DNA of 63,353 nt, filler included, from 6 parts of 6 records of this genome joined end to end with filler, not necessarily neighbours in it; one strand, 5' to 3'. Shown: positions 1 through 10,199, counted from the first letter of the whole stretch. Notes: generated from the sequence alone by a model not told the origin. Program-made: numbers and translations.

Positions 1-30
1 AATAAAAGGCAGTGTACACTGCCTTTTATT
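1..30. terminator. Perfect 30-bp palindrome, probable bidirectional intrinsic terminator downstream of surE
   Basis: AATAAAAGGCAGTGT/ACACTGCCTTTTATT is self-complementary, with A and T tracts at either end. Confidence 0.7.
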
Positions 31-125
31 TTGAGGCTATATAACCAACTATCTAGTTTGTTTCTAAGTTTTCTGTAGACTTTGTGCCAAAATCTAGGTA
101 AAAACTACCCCACTTTATCACCCTG

Positions 126-863
126 TTATTTGCCTTGGAACATATTCATTTCCGAAAGTTTGAGAAGCGCTGATTCATCCGTTAAATCCAGTCGCAAGGG
201 GGTGAGTGAAACTAAATTATTTTCTATAGCATACCGATCCGTACCTTCCTCTGCGGCTTCTAGAGGAACGACGGTAAACCAAAAATGCTTTCTTCCCATC
301 GGGTCTTCAGAGGGCTTCACAAGTCCATCGTATTGCCTTACAGATTGTCTTGTCCATGAGATTCCCTGTGGGGAAAAGGGAAAGTTTACATTGACCAGTC
401 TGGGGCCTTCCTGACCAAGCAAATAAGAAATAACTTCCCTAGCATAAGGGCGAATGTGAGAGAAATCATATTCGTCTTGCTGGGTAGGAGTACTTAGCGC
501 TATTCCTTTAATTCCTAGGAGAGCAGCTTGTTTTGCACCTGCAAGTGTTCCTGAATGCCACATGGAATTACCCAAGTTAGGTCCGAGATTAATGCCTGAC
601 AGCACTGCATCTACTTTTTCCCAATGAAAACTTCCCAATGACACACAATCCGCTGGCGTGCCGTTGACGCGGTACGCATCAAAATCTCCAATTTTCGTTT
701 TGCGATATGAAAGCGGTCTACTTGCAGTGATTGCATGTCCCATGGATGATTGCTCCACATTCGGAGCAACTATCCGAACATTTCCAAATTCGGCAGCAAC
801 TTCTGCTAATTCTAAAATTCCTGGGCTATATACTCCGTCATCATTTGTGATTAAAATATTCAT
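126..863 (-). CDS. surE: 5'/3'-nucleotidase SurE
   Basis: N-terminal ILITNDDG, plus VAP..EQS, GTPADCV, SGINLGPNLG and SGT motifs. Confidence 0.95.
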   Translation of the reverse strand: MNILITNDDGVYSPGILELAEVAAEFGNVRIVAPNVEQSSMGHAITASRPLSYRKTKIGDFDAYRVNGTPADCVSLGSFHWEKVDAVLSGINLGPNLGNSMWHSGTLAGAKQAALLGIKGIALSTPTQQDEYDFSHIRPYAREVISYLLGQEGPRLVNVNFPFSPQGISWTRQSVRQYDGLVKPSEDPMGRKHFWFTVVPLEAAEEGTDRYAIENNLVSLTPLRLDLTDESALLKLSEMNMFQGK

Positions 864-926
864 GGTTACTTAATTTGGTTTCCTTTTCGCATGCAAATAG
901 TACGCAGAACTTTTACTATCAGCTAT

Positions 927-1814
927 ATGAAAATTATACTACTCTATAATCCAACTGCCGGAAATGAAGGTTTTCCCCTCGCGGAAATAATTTCATCCCT
1001 TGAAGATCAAGGAGCAAATGTACTTGCTCAAAATTGCAAGGAAGAAGGTTACCAAAAAGTGCTGGATCTCACCTATGATTTGGTCATTATAGCAGGCGGA
1101 GATGGAACAGTAGAGAAGACCTTACTTCAGCTTCGCGATACCAAATGCCCAATTGCAATTCTACCTTATGGCAACGCCAACAATATTGCAGGCAGTCTCA
1201 ATTTGACAGCAAATTATAAAGCTATTGTTGCTCAGTATAAGAAAAAGAAATTCAAGCACCTAAGTGTTGGAGAGTACAAAACCACGGAGGCTAGCGGCTG
1301 GTTTATTGAAGGAATTGGGTGGGGGATTTTTACTGCACTTTTACTTCAGATTGACCGTGAAAAAAAGCTTCCAGGTGATGAGAATTCAAAAGTTGATTTT
1401 GGTATTAAAAATCTGATAAAGTTAGAGGCTGAACTTCCAGTACATAGCTATAAAATCAAACTGGATAACAAAGATTATTCGGGAGATTATATATGGATAG
1501 AAATTATGAACACTAGGCGATTGGGCCCTCAGCTTGAATTAGCACCTGATGCAGATCATAGAGATGCATACCTAGATATACTAATGGTGAAAGAGTCTCA
1601 AAAAGACGAGTTAAAGTCATTTTTAAAAGCACAGAAAAATGGGGGGCAGCCAAGCCCCTTTCAAACGATAAAGGCTAAGAAAATTAAAATCAGTACCTAC
1701 CTTCCATTTCATGTAGATGATGAATTATTTGAGCATAAAACCCTATATGAGGAAACTCCTATAGTCAAGGTGTCCCTGGCCAAACATCAATTGAAAATCT
1801 TAAAAAATGATTAA
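927..1814 (+). CDS. Diacylglycerol/lipid kinase family protein
   Basis: NPTAG, GGDGT and LPYGNANN motifs. Start moved to ATG 927 (MKIILLYNP). Confidence 0.9.
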   Translation: MKIILLYNPTAGNEGFPLAEIISSLEDQGANVLAQNCKEEGYQKVLDLTYDLVIIAGGDGTVEKTLLQLRDTKCPIAILPYGNANNIAGSLNLTANYKAIVAQYKKKKFKHLSVGEYKTTEASGWFIEGIGWGIFTALLLQIDREKKLPGDENSKVDFGIKNLIKLEAELPVHSYKIKLDNKDYSGDYIWIEIMNTRRLGPQLELAPDADHRDAYLDILMVKESQKDELKSFLKAQKNGGQPSPFQTIKAKKIKISTYLPFHVDDELFEHKTLYEETPIVKVSLAKHQLKILKND

Positions 1815-2035
1815 CCCTAAGAAATAGTGATGAATAGTGATAAAACGAAATGACTGTTCAATTGTATAAAGTATGACTCAATTTGGGAGTTATTTTTCAC
1901 ATTATATTGAATGGATTGAGAGGGTTATTTGGTTTAAACCTTCTATAATTTTCACCTACTGCGTCCGCATTACCGTGAAAGCATTTTGGCTACATGATTG
2001 TTTATATAAAATTCGTATAATCATCTTAAACAGCT

Positions 2036-3316
2036 ATGCATTTTAAATCTGCCTTTTCATTTATAATAATTACAGTAATTGGTTTTACTTCTTGTAAGGA
2101 GAAGATATCCAACAGCGAGAAAGAAGAACTTTCTCAATCTACCCCTGATACGGTACAAACTTCTTTGGGTGAATTGATCTTGAGCCCACCGTATGCCTCA
2201 AAGTCTGTCACAAACCAAAGCAAAGTAATCAATTGGCCAGAAGGTAAAATGCCTACTGTCCCTTCAGGGTTTACTGTTTCTCTATTTGCTGATAAATTGG
2301 ATAACCCTCGAAATAGCTATGTAGGACCAAATGGGGATGTTTTTGTAGTAGAAAGCAATACGAAACGGAGTGCAGATCGAATAACTGTATTCAAAGATAA
2401 AAATAAGGATGGCCTGTATGAAACTCGTGAAGTATTCAAGGATAAGCTAAATCAGCCCTATGGCATGTTAATTCTGGGTAATTATTTTTTTATAGCTAAT
2501 ACAGATGGTTTATACCGATTCTCTTACCAGTCCGGACAGTTAAAATTGGAAGGTGAAGGTGAAAAAATTGTTAACCTCCCTGCAGGAGGCTATAATAATC
2601 ACTGGACCAGAAATCTAATAGCCAATGCAGAGGGAACTAAAATATATATATCAGTGGGGTCAGCAAGCAATGTGGCTGAACATGGAATGGAAGAAGAGCA
2701 CAGAAGAGCGGGGATTCTGGAAGTCAATCCTGATGGTACAGGTGAGATCATGTTTGCATCTGGATTGAGGAATCCCGTTGGAATGTCCTGGAATCCTGTT
2801 ACCCAAGAACTTTGGACGGCAGTTAACGAAAGGGACGAATTGGGAAATGATTTAGTGCCGGATTATATCACAAGTGTGAGAAAAGGTGGATTCTATGGCT
2901 GGCCTTATTCGTACTATGGTCAAATAGAAGATCCAAGAAGAAAAGGAGAAGCACCAGAAATGGTGGAAAAGGCCCTAGTGCCAGACTTGGCAGTAGGAAG
3001 CCATACAGCATCTCTGGGACTTACCTTTTACGAAGGGTCCTCCTATCCGGAAAAATTCAAAAACGGAGCTTTTGTAGGTCAACATGGTTCATGGAATCGT
3101 GAAAAATTAGCAGGCTATAAGGTGCTTTTTGTGCCATTTTCAAATGGTAAGCCAGCCAGTCAGCCCCAGGATTTTATGGCAGGTTTTGTATCAGAGTCTG
3201 AAGGTTCGGAAGTATATGGTCGTCCTGTAGATGTCACGGTTCTACCCGATGGATCACTACTTGTAAATGACGATAGTGGAAATAAACTTTGGAAAATTAC
3301 TTATACAGGAAATTAG
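2036..3316 (+). CDS. Sorbosone dehydrogenase / PQQ-dependent sugar dehydrogenase family lipoprotein
   Basis: Lipobox-like FTSC; GGYNNHWTRN, SGLRNPVG, NERDELG..LVPDY, GQHGSWNR and GRPVDV motifs. Confidence 0.9.
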   Translation: MHFKSAFSFIIITVIGFTSCKEKISNSEKEELSQSTPDTVQTSLGELILSPPYASKSVTNQSKVINWPEGKMPTVPSGFTVSLFADKLDNPRNSYVGPNGDVFVVESNTKRSADRITVFKDKNKDGLYETREVFKDKLNQPYGMLILGNYFFIANTDGLYRFSYQSGQLKLEGEGEKIVNLPAGGYNNHWTRNLIANAEGTKIYISVGSASNVAEHGMEEEHRRAGILEVNPDGTGEIMFASGLRNPVGMSWNPVTQELWTAVNERDELGNDLVPDYITSVRKGGFYGWPYSYYGQIEDPRRKGEAPEMVEKALVPDLAVGSHTASLGLTFYEGSSYPEKFKNGAFVGQHGSWNREKLAGYKVLFVPFSNGKPASQPQDFMAGFVSESEGSEVYGRPVDVTVLPDGSLLVNDDSGNKLWKITYTGN

Positions 3317-3422
3317 TGACTGTACAGGCAAGAACGTCTTGGAGTCACTATATACAACTTTTTCCATTCTTTGAAATTATCCAAAATTCATGAAATTAAA
3401 CATTCAACTAATTAGTGAAGCA

Positions 3423-3818
3423 ATGAAAAATCAATTAATAGTATTTATGTCAGCATTAGCTTTGATCGCCTGCAATGACAAAAAGGAAGAGGGTAGTATT
3501 ACTTCAACTGCAGTCATGGAAGTGGAAGAGTCCACTGCGCTAAGCGACAAAATGAAATCTGGTATGGACTCCAGTGTGACACTGACAGATGGTAAAAGAA
3601 TTCCTGTAGTCATTAGTCCAGTTGATTCTATTAACCTGCCGCAGGAATTACTTCATGTGATAAATAATACAAGCGAGATCCATCCTGATAGTATAGTTGT
3701 TAAGCGCAGGTTTGTCGAGAATAATATTACTTATTACGAGTTGGAATTTAGAATGCAGGACGGATCCAATCAAACCTTCACCTTTGATGAGGATGGAAAA
3801 CGTAAGTCTATAGACTAG
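3423..3818 (+). CDS. Hypothetical lipoprotein with PepSY-like C-terminus
   Basis: MKNQLIVFMSALALIAC lipoprotein signal; ends YYELEF...FTFDEDGK. Confidence 0.7.
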   Translation: MKNQLIVFMSALALIACNDKKEEGSITSTAVMEVEESTALSDKMKSGMDSSVTLTDGKRIPVVISPVDSINLPQELLHVINNTSEIHPDSIVVKRRFVENNITYYELEFRMQDGSNQTFTFDEDGKRKSID

Positions 3819-3934
3819 ACTGATATATTAGAGTTTTTTTGAATTTCAAGCTGTTTAAAAAACCATTGGATGAGCTAATTGGGTCATCAGTAAGCACTTT
3901 TAGTCACAAAGGTTTTAACTCTTTTATTCGGAAG

Positions 3935-4189
3935 TTAGTTGAGACATTCAAACTTGTATGCTAAAGCGTTGATAGACTGCTCTTTTATAATGGTTCTAAT
4001 GGCAGTTTCATATTCAATTTTTCGCTGTGTAGAATGTAAGAAAAACTTGATATAAATCGTGAATTTTGGTTTCTGATCAATTTTATCATCAAAAAAAATA
4101 ACTTTAAAAACAGGATCAGAATTTTTCATGTGATGTTTCACATCTATCTCATCAATGAGTAAGTAGGCAGGAGTAGTTAGGTCATCCAT
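3935..4189 (-). CDS. Small hypothetical protein (84 aa)
   Basis: ATG-started ORF in AT-rich DNA with a Bacteroidota -7 box about 40 nt upstream. Confidence 0.5.
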   Translation of the reverse strand: MDDLTTPAYLLIDEIDVKHHMKNSDPVFKVIFFDDKIDQKPKFTIYIKFFLHSTQRKIEYETAIRTIIKEQSINALAYKFECLN

Positions 4190-4227
4190 GGTGGTACTTA
4201 TTTAAACCTGTGTAAGACTGCTTTTAG

Positions 4228-4235
4228 CAAATTTA
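4228..4235 (-). promoter_or_regulatory. Bacteroidota primary-sigma -7 element (TAnnTTTG)
   Basis: TAAATTTG(C) on the minus strand upstream of ORF 4189. Confidence 0.5.
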
Positions 4236-4493
4236 CACACAATTTTTTTTATCCATATTATATGAAAGTGGTGTGTTTTTTTTAAACTTCTTGAATTCCA
4301 GCACTATAAAATGTTATTTAAAGCATATTTTTCCTGATAGAATCTGATGAATGTTGTTTGACTAGCTGCAGTAAAGGGACATATTCACTCATCGCAGGAA
4401 AGTTTAACATTTCAATTTAAGCTTCATTTGAGCCGGATCCGGCTGCTTTTGACAGTGCAGATAGCTGTACTCCAAAAGATCAGTTGATAAATA

Positions 4494-4593
4494 NNNNNNN
4501 NNNNNNNNNNNNNNNNNNNNNNNNNNNNNNNNNNNNNTTAATTAATTAANNNNNNNNNNNNNNNNNNNNNNNNNNNNNNNNNNNNNNNNNNNN
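4494..4593. other. Artificial contig spacer
   Basis: N44-TTAATTAATTAA-N44; composition jumps from AT-rich to GC-rich across it. Confidence 0.99.
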
Positions 4594-4622
4594 GGGTCCC
4601 GGCTCTCCGGCCGGAATGACGG
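4594..4622. repeat. Partial copy of a palindromic (RPE/REP-like) repeat at the contig edge
   Basis: GGTCCCGGCTCtccGGCCGGaATGACGG matches 7517-7544 GGTCCCGGCTCggtGGCCGGgATGACGG. Confidence 0.7.
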
Positions 4623-4790
4623 TGTTATGGTGTGCCACAGTACGGGAGCAGGTTTCATGACGCCTCTGCTCACGCGGATATGACGCCCCATTCCCCAAGC
4701 TCTGCATATATCTCTCAGGGCGGTTATGGTCTTGTCGCCATGATCGGTTAAGCATGTATCCAGGACTTCGATTTTAAGGAGGGGCAGCCT

Positions 4791-6017
4791 ATGTCGATCG
4801 AGACCAGAAGAGTCAGTTTTCCGGGAGCGCAGGGCGGTACATTGGCAGCGCGCCTTGATCTGCCGGTTGGCAAGCCGCGGGGATATGCGCTGTTCGCCCA
4901 TTGCTTCACCTGCTCGAAGGACATTGCCGCCGCGCGCCAGATCGCAGGCGGCTTGGCTGCGCAGGGCCTCGCCGTGCTGCGGTTCGACTTTACCGGTCTT
5001 GGGCACAGCGAGGGGGAATTCGCGAACACGACTTTCGCCTCGAACATTCAGGATCTCGTTGCGGCGGCGGACTGGATGCGCGCTGAAGGGATGGCGCCGG
5101 CGGTGCTGATCGGGCATTCGCTCGGCGGGGCGGCGGTTTTGTCCGCTGCCGCTGACATCCCGGAGGTGAAGGGGGTTGCGACCATCGGGGCGCCCGCCGA
5201 TCCGGGCCATGTCGTGCATAATTTTGGCGCGGATCTTGAGGTGATCGAACGGGATGGAGAGGCGGAGGTGTCGCTTGCTGGCCGGAATTTCCGGATTCGG
5301 AAGTCCTTTATCGACGATCTGAAGACGCATGACCTGGAAGAGCGGATCGCGAACCTGAAGCGGGACCTGCTGATCTTCCATGCTCCCCTGGACATGACTG
5401 TCGGTATCGAGAATGCGGCCCGGATATTTGACGCGGCCAAGCACCCGAAGAGTTTCGTCTCTCTCGACAAGGCGGATCACCTGCTTACCCGGCCCGCAGA
5501 CGCAAATTACGTTGCATCGGTCATTGCCGCGTGGGCGGGGCGCCTTGTTCCGGAAGAAGCGCCGCTGCAGCTCGCGGCGGATGAGGGAGAAGTCGTGGTC
5601 GCGCATCTGGGTGAGGGGAAATTCCCGCAAGCTGTCCTCGCGGCGGGGCACCGGCTGCGGGCGGACGAGCCGAAAAGTGTCGGTGGCGATAATAGCGGCC
5701 CGGGGCCTTATGACTTCCTGCTGGCCGGTCTCGGTGCCTGCACAAACATGACGCTGTCGCTCTATGCCGAGCGCAAGGGCTGGCAAATCGACCGTCTCGA
5801 GACCCGGTTGCGGCACAGTAAAATCCACGCCGAAGACTGCGCCGCCTGTGAGACGCAGGCCGGAAAGATCGACAGGATCAGCCGTGAGATCACGATCGAA
5901 GGACCGCTCGATGCGGAGCAGCGGCAAAAGCTCCGGGAGATTGCCGACAAGTGCCCGGTTCACCGGACCCTGCATTCGGAAATCATGATCGAGACAGAGG
6001 TGGTCGAGAGCGTGTGA
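4791..6017 (+). CDS. Bifunctional alpha/beta hydrolase-OsmC family protein
   Basis: AHCFTCSKD, GHSLGG nucleophile elbow and DHLL; C-terminal ADEP...GP.PYDFLLAGLGACT...ADKCPVHRTL. SD AAGGAGG upstream. Confidence 0.93.
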   Translation: MSIETRRVSFPGAQGGTLAARLDLPVGKPRGYALFAHCFTCSKDIAAARQIAGGLAAQGLAVLRFDFTGLGHSEGEFANTTFASNIQDLVAAADWMRAEGMAPAVLIGHSLGGAAVLSAAADIPEVKGVATIGAPADPGHVVHNFGADLEVIERDGEAEVSLAGRNFRIRKSFIDDLKTHDLEERIANLKRDLLIFHAPLDMTVGIENAARIFDAAKHPKSFVSLDKADHLLTRPADANYVASVIAAWAGRLVPEEAPLQLAADEGEVVVAHLGEGKFPQAVLAAGHRLRADEPKSVGGDNSGPGPYDFLLAGLGACTNMTLSLYAERKGWQIDRLETRLRHSKIHAEDCAACETQAGKIDRISREITIEGPLDAEQRQKLREIADKCPVHRTLHSEIMIETEVVESV

Positions 6018-6053
6018 CGATGGTTTGAGTTTGCAGGCATCAGCACTGGAGCG

Positions 6054-6341
6054 TCACTCCGGGCGCGCTTTCCGTTCGAGGACTTTCTCGACGGTCGCGG
6101 TGATATCGGCGCGTTCCACGCCAATATCCAGAAGTTGACGGTCGCTCAGGCCCTGAAGCGTCCGGATTCGGCGGTGCCGCAATCGCTCGCGGGAGATTTT
6201 TACCAACCTCTGTCGCACAGCGTCCTCCACGGCATGGATGAGCCGTGACAGGCTTTTGAAAATCGGATGCCCGAACGGTTCGGCCCGTGAGCACTGAATG
6301 GTGTTGGCGAGATTGGGGTGGCAGTGGCGTAGGCGCATCAC
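6054..6341 (-). CDS. DUF1127 (YjiS-like) small protein
   Basis: Arg-rich stretch followed by LQGLSDRQLLDIGVERADI; SD GGAGG upstream. Confidence 0.8.
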   Translation of the reverse strand: MMRLRHCHPNLANTIQCSRAEPFGHPIFKSLSRLIHAVEDAVRQRLVKISRERLRHRRIRTLQGLSDRQLLDIGVERADITATVEKVLERKARPE

Positions 6342-6445
6342 TTCCTCCAGCGGCTTAAGGGGCTGTTTACGGGGTTTATGGCGGAGAAATATTTGAACCT
6401 AATCTCCGCCTTTCTGGTAAAATGCGGTGCAATATTTATTGTTAT

Positions 6446-6462
6446 ATCAATGAAATATTGAT
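6446..6462. promoter_or_regulatory. Inverted repeat, candidate operator between the divergent DUF1127 and LysR genes
   Basis: ATCAAT-GAAAT-ATTGAT within an AT-rich patch of a GC-rich contig. Confidence 0.4.
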
Positions 6463-6526
6463 TATTATGACTGCCGACAAACGAGAAGATTTCGGTTTAT
6501 GTTTTAGAAAAACTCAGGTGTAAGTG

Positions 6527-7474
6527 ATGGGGCGACCGCAACCGCCGCTTAATGCTCTCAGGGCCTTCGAGGCGGCCGGGCGGCACCTCAGTTTCACAAA
6601 GGCGGCGGCCGAGCTGAATGTGACGCCGGCGGCGATCAGCCATCAGGTCAAGGCGCTGGAGGAATTGCTTGAGGTGCCCCTGTTCCGGCGTTTGACCCGG
6701 GCGCTTCGGCTCACCGAGGCTGGACAGGCCGCCTTGCCGGCATTGGGGCAGGGGTTCGACAAGCTGGCACAGGCGGTGGATCAGATACGCAGCCATTGCG
6801 AGAGCGGGGTGCTGACCATCAGCGTCAGCCCGTCGTTCGGCGGCATGTGGCTGTTGCCACGGCTCGAGCGGTTCCGCAGCAAGCATCCGGACATCGAAAT
6901 CCGCATCGACGGAACCGACCGTCTGGTCGATCTGACGCGGGATGATGTCGATGTGGCGGTGCGCTATGGCCCCGGCGGTTACGAGGGCGTTCGGGTTGAC
7001 TGGCTGTTCGGCCAGCTCAACACACCGGTCTGCAGCCCGGCACTGCTGGAAGGCACGCATCCTTTGCGCCAGCCAGAGGATCTGCGTCACCATACCCTGC
7101 TTCATATCGACTGGACCGAAGCCGAGGCGACGTGGCGCATGTGGCTGCTGGCGGCAGGCCTGCATGATATCGACCCGGTCCGGGGCCCGCGCTTCAGCAT
7201 GGAAAGCATGGCCATTCAATCGGCGGTCGATGGCCACGGTGTGGCTCTGGTCGGGGAATTACTGGTGGCGGATCATCTCGCGGCCGGCCGTCTTGTGCGT
7301 CCCTTCGGTCCCGGCCTCAGTACGCCGCTGACCTTCGCATTCTATCTGCTGAGCGCGAAGGATCGTGCTGATACACCCAAGATCGCCGCGTTCCGGGACT
7401 GGTTGATGGAAGAAGGGCGTGCGGTGAGCGGGGAGGGTGCTCCTCAACCTGACGCATCGTCATCCCACACTTGA
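6527..7474 (+). CDS. GcvA-type LysR transcriptional regulator
   Basis: PPLNALRAFEAAGRHLSFTKAAAELNVTPAAISHQVKALE helix-turn-helix and a GcvA-like effector domain. Confidence 0.93.
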   Translation: MGRPQPPLNALRAFEAAGRHLSFTKAAAELNVTPAAISHQVKALEELLEVPLFRRLTRALRLTEAGQAALPALGQGFDKLAQAVDQIRSHCESGVLTISVSPSFGGMWLLPRLERFRSKHPDIEIRIDGTDRLVDLTRDDVDVAVRYGPGGYEGVRVDWLFGQLNTPVCSPALLEGTHPLRQPEDLRHHTLLHIDWTEAEATWRMWLLAAGLHDIDPVRGPRFSMESMAIQSAVDGHGVALVGELLVADHLAAGRLVRPFGPGLSTPLTFAFYLLSAKDRADTPKIAAFRDWLMEEGRAVSGEGAPQPDASSSHT

Positions 7475-7543
7475 TGCGGGACCCAGGGAAGGCGTGTGCA
7501 GCTTTATGATCATCCAGGTCCCGGCTCGGTGGCCGGGATGACG
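7458..7543. repeat. Alphaproteobacterial palindromic element (RPE/REP-like) between convergent genes
   Basis: Terminal inverted repeats CGTCATCCC...GGGATGACG, internal hairpins, and a second partial copy at 4594. Confidence 0.7.
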
Positions 7544-7560
7544 GCGGTTTGGTGAAACCC

Positions 7561-8076
7561 TCAGTCGTCGTAGGCGATCAGTGAGGTGAAGGGGATGTCG
7601 AGGCGGTCGCGGCCCTTCAGGAAGGTCAGCTCCATGATGCTGGCGGCGCCGGAGACTTCGCCGCCGACCTTGCGGACCAGCTCGATGGCGGCTGCCAGGG
7701 TTCCGCCGGTGGCGAGCAGGTCGTCGAGGATGACCACGCGCTGGCCGGGCTCGATGGCGCCGTCCTGCACTTCGATCGTGTCGCTGCCATATTCCAGATC
7801 GTAGGTATAGGGAATGGTCTTGCCGGGCAGCTTGCCTTTCTTGCGGACCATGTGGAAGCCGAGGCCGAGTTCCAGCGCCAGCGGAGCGGCGACAAGGAAG
7901 CCTCGGGATTCGATGCCGGCCAGCACGTCGGGCTTGTAGCTGTCGACGACGGTTTTCAACTGGTCCACGGTCGCCTTCCAGGCCGCCGGATGGGCGAGCA
8001 GGGTCGAGATATCGTAGAACAGGATGCCCGGCTTCGGGAAATCGGGCACTTCGCGGATGTGTTTCTTCAGGTCCAT
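7561..8076 (-). CDS. apt: Adenine phosphoribosyltransferase
   Basis: [33 protein letters not shown] and [10 protein letters not shown]. Confidence 0.97.
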   Translation of the reverse strand: MDLKKHIREVPDFPKPGILFYDISTLLAHPAAWKATVDQLKTVVDSYKPDVLAGIESRGFLVAAPLALELGLGFHMVRKKGKLPGKTIPYTYDLEYGSDTIEVQDGAIEPGQRVVILDDLLATGGTLAAAIELVRKVGGEVSGAASIMELTFLKGRDRLDIPFTSLIAYDD

Positions 8077-8243
8077 GCTCGGATTCCCGTACCATCTGTT
8101 AAGCAGCGGCCTTGATAGGTGAGTGTTGCGATGAATTCCAGTATCTTATGCATTGTAAGGGTTTTCAGGCGCATAAGACGTGCCTGAAGCATCATGCGCC
8201 GACCGGCCGTGTGCCGGTGTCCTTGGACTGGGGGGAACAAGAC

Positions 8244-9380
8244 GTGGCGGCTGCAGCCGAGACCTCGCTTTCGATCACGGAAGCCGGCGGTGAACTCAGG
8301 GTCGGCATCACAGGGCCTCTGACGGTGGATGCCGTCGGGCGGCTGGACCGGGAGTTCCGGCAGGCCGGGAAGGCATCTCCGCGCCAGGTGGTGATCGATG
8401 CTGGCGAGGTCACTGCGCTGGACAGTGCCGGGGCGTGGATTTTGCGCCGGACATCGGAGGCATTTTCCGGGCGCGGGATCGAGGTCCGGCTGGACGGCCT
8501 GCGGACGGAATATGCGGCGCTGCTGGAGAAGGCCTTCATCCCCGACCCGGATGTGCCAACCGATTCAAACGGGCCGAACCCATTGATCGTGATCGCCGCG
8601 CGGGCCGGGAAGGCGATGTTCGACATGGCCCATGTCGGGCGTGATCTGTTCGGGTTCTTCGGTCTGACCATTGTCTCGCTTCTTGCGCTGCTCACAGGCC
8701 GGACCCGTCTTCGTTTTGTGGCGCTGGTCAGCCAGCTCGAATATGTCGGCCTCAATGCGGTCGGTATCGTCGCGCTGCTTTGCTTTCTGGTCGGCGTGGT
8801 GCTGGCCTATATGGGTTCGCTCCAGCTTGAGCGGTTTGGCGCTGCGATCCTGACGGTGAACCTTGTCGGCGTCTCCGTGCTGCGGGAGATTGGCGTACTG
8901 CTGACGGCGATCATCGTCGCCGGCCGGTCCGGCAGTGCCTTCACGGCCCAGATCGGCACCATGAAGGTGAATCAGGAAGTGGATGCGCTGGAGACGCTGG
9001 GCCTCTCGCCGGTCGACGTGCTGGTGATCCCGCGCCTGATCGCGCTTTTCATAGCCCTGCCGATCCTGGTCTTCATTGGCGATATTGCCGGACTTGCGGG
9101 CGGTGCCATGATCGCGGTCCTGACGCTGGACCTGTCGATCCAGCAGTTCCTGACCCAGCTCAAGGGCGCGGTCGATTTCTGGGATTTCGGCACCGGCATG
9201 CTGAAAGCGCCTGTCTTTGCCTATGTCATTGCCGTTGTCGGCTGTCATCAGGGGCTCAAGGTTTCCGGCAGTGCCGAGAGTGTCGGCTTCCGCACCACCA
9301 AGGCCGTGGTGGAATCCATCTTCATCGTGATCGTGCTGGACGCGTTGTTCGCGGTGTTCTTTGCCGAAGTCGGGATCTGA
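8244..9380 (+). CDS. mlaE: MlaE-family ABC permease with N-terminal STAS domain
   Basis: STAS motif LDSAG; LREIGVLLTAIIVAGRSGSAFTAQIGTMKVNQEVDAL. Start moved to GTG 8244. Confidence 0.9.
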   Translation: MAAAAETSLSITEAGGELRVGITGPLTVDAVGRLDREFRQAGKASPRQVVIDAGEVTALDSAGAWILRRTSEAFSGRGIEVRLDGLRTEYAALLEKAFIPDPDVPTDSNGPNPLIVIAARAGKAMFDMAHVGRDLFGFFGLTIVSLLALLTGRTRLRFVALVSQLEYVGLNAVGIVALLCFLVGVVLAYMGSLQLERFGAAILTVNLVGVSVLREIGVLLTAIIVAGRSGSAFTAQIGTMKVNQEVDALETLGLSPVDVLVIPRLIALFIALPILVFIGDIAGLAGGAMIAVLTLDLSIQQFLTQLKGAVDFWDFGTGMLKAPVFAYVIAVVGCHQGLKVSGSAESVGFRTTKAVVESIFIVIVLDALFAVFFAEVGI

Positions 9381-9383
9381 ACC

Positions 9384-10199
9384 ATGGCGGCGATGACGGA
9401 CGAAAGCTTTACAAGCGCTGCGGAAAGCCAGCCCGCCATCCGGTTGCGCGGCATTCGGAATGCGTTCGGCACGCAGGTTGTGCATGACAATCTCGATCTC
9501 GATGTCCGGCGTGGCGAGGTGCTGGGGGTGGTCGGCGGATCGGGTTCCGGCAAGTCGGTGCTGCTGCGGACCATCATCGGCTTGCAGATCCCGGCGGCGG
9601 GCGAGATTGAGCTGCTGGGAGAGAAAATTGAGGCCGGGCACGGCGAGATGCCAACGCGCAAGCTGCAGGGCCGGTTCGGTATGATGTTTCAGGACGGCGC
9701 GCTGTTCAGCTCTCTCACCGTGGCGCAGAACATCATGGCGCCGATGCGGGAGCGCGGCGGTATCCCGAAACTGCTGATGCGCGAGCTGGCGCTGATGAAG
9801 ATCAACATGGTCGGCCTGCCGCCGAACGCGGCGGACAAGTTCCCGTCCCAGCTATCGGGGGGCATGCGCAAGCGGGCCAGCCTGGCCCGGGCGCTGGCAC
9901 TTGATCCGCAGGTGGTTTTTCTGGACGAGCCGACGGCGGGGCTGGACCCGATCGGCGCCTCGAATTTTGATATGCTGATCCGGGATTTGCAGGACAGCCT
10001 CAACTTGACCGTGGTCATGGTTACTCATGATCTCGACAGCCTGGTGGCAATCTGCGACCGGATCGCGGTGCTGCTCGACAAGCAGGTGACGGTGGGGACC
10101 ATGCAGGAACTGGTTGCCAACCCGCACCCCTGGATACAGGAATATTTTCACGGGCCCCGCGCGCGGGCCGCTTTCGAAACCCCGGGCCTCAAGGGCTAG
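9384..10199 (+). CDS. mlaF: MlaF/Mkl-family ABC ATPase
   Basis: GGSGSGKS, LSGGMRKR and LDEPTAGLDP motifs. Confidence 0.92.
   Translation: MAAMTDESFTSAAESQPAIRLRGIRNAFGTQVVHDNLDLDVRRGEVLGVVGGSGSGKSVLLRTIIGLQIPAAGEIELLGEKIEAGHGEMPTRKLQGRFGMMFQDGALFSSLTVAQNIMAPMRERGGIPKLLMRELALMKINMVGLPPNAADKFPSQLSGGMRKRASLARALALDPQVVFLDEPTAGLDPIGASNFDMLIRDLQDSLNLTVVMVTHDLDSLVAICDRIAVLLDKQVTVGTMQELVANPHPWIQEYFHGPRARAAFETPGLKG

Noticed and set aside
4236-4493. Possible ncRNA or gene end at the edge of contig 1 (AGCCGGATCCGGCT palindrome)
   Set aside because: No recognisable family or sustained ORF; the evidence is insufficient.
4538-4549. TTAATTAATTAA palindrome recurring five times
   Set aside because: Always centred in N44 flanks: a synthetic six-frame-stop linker, not biology.
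4542-5975. Long antisense ORFs (e.g. 4542-5975, 8565-9641, 24499-25881, 27052-28311)
   Set aside because: Shadow frames opposite well-supported genes in GC-rich DNA, with no recognisable motifs.
6446-6462. Possible FNR box
   Set aside because: Half-sites are in the reverse order and spacing (ATCAA-N7-TTGAT, not TTGAT-N4-ATCAA).
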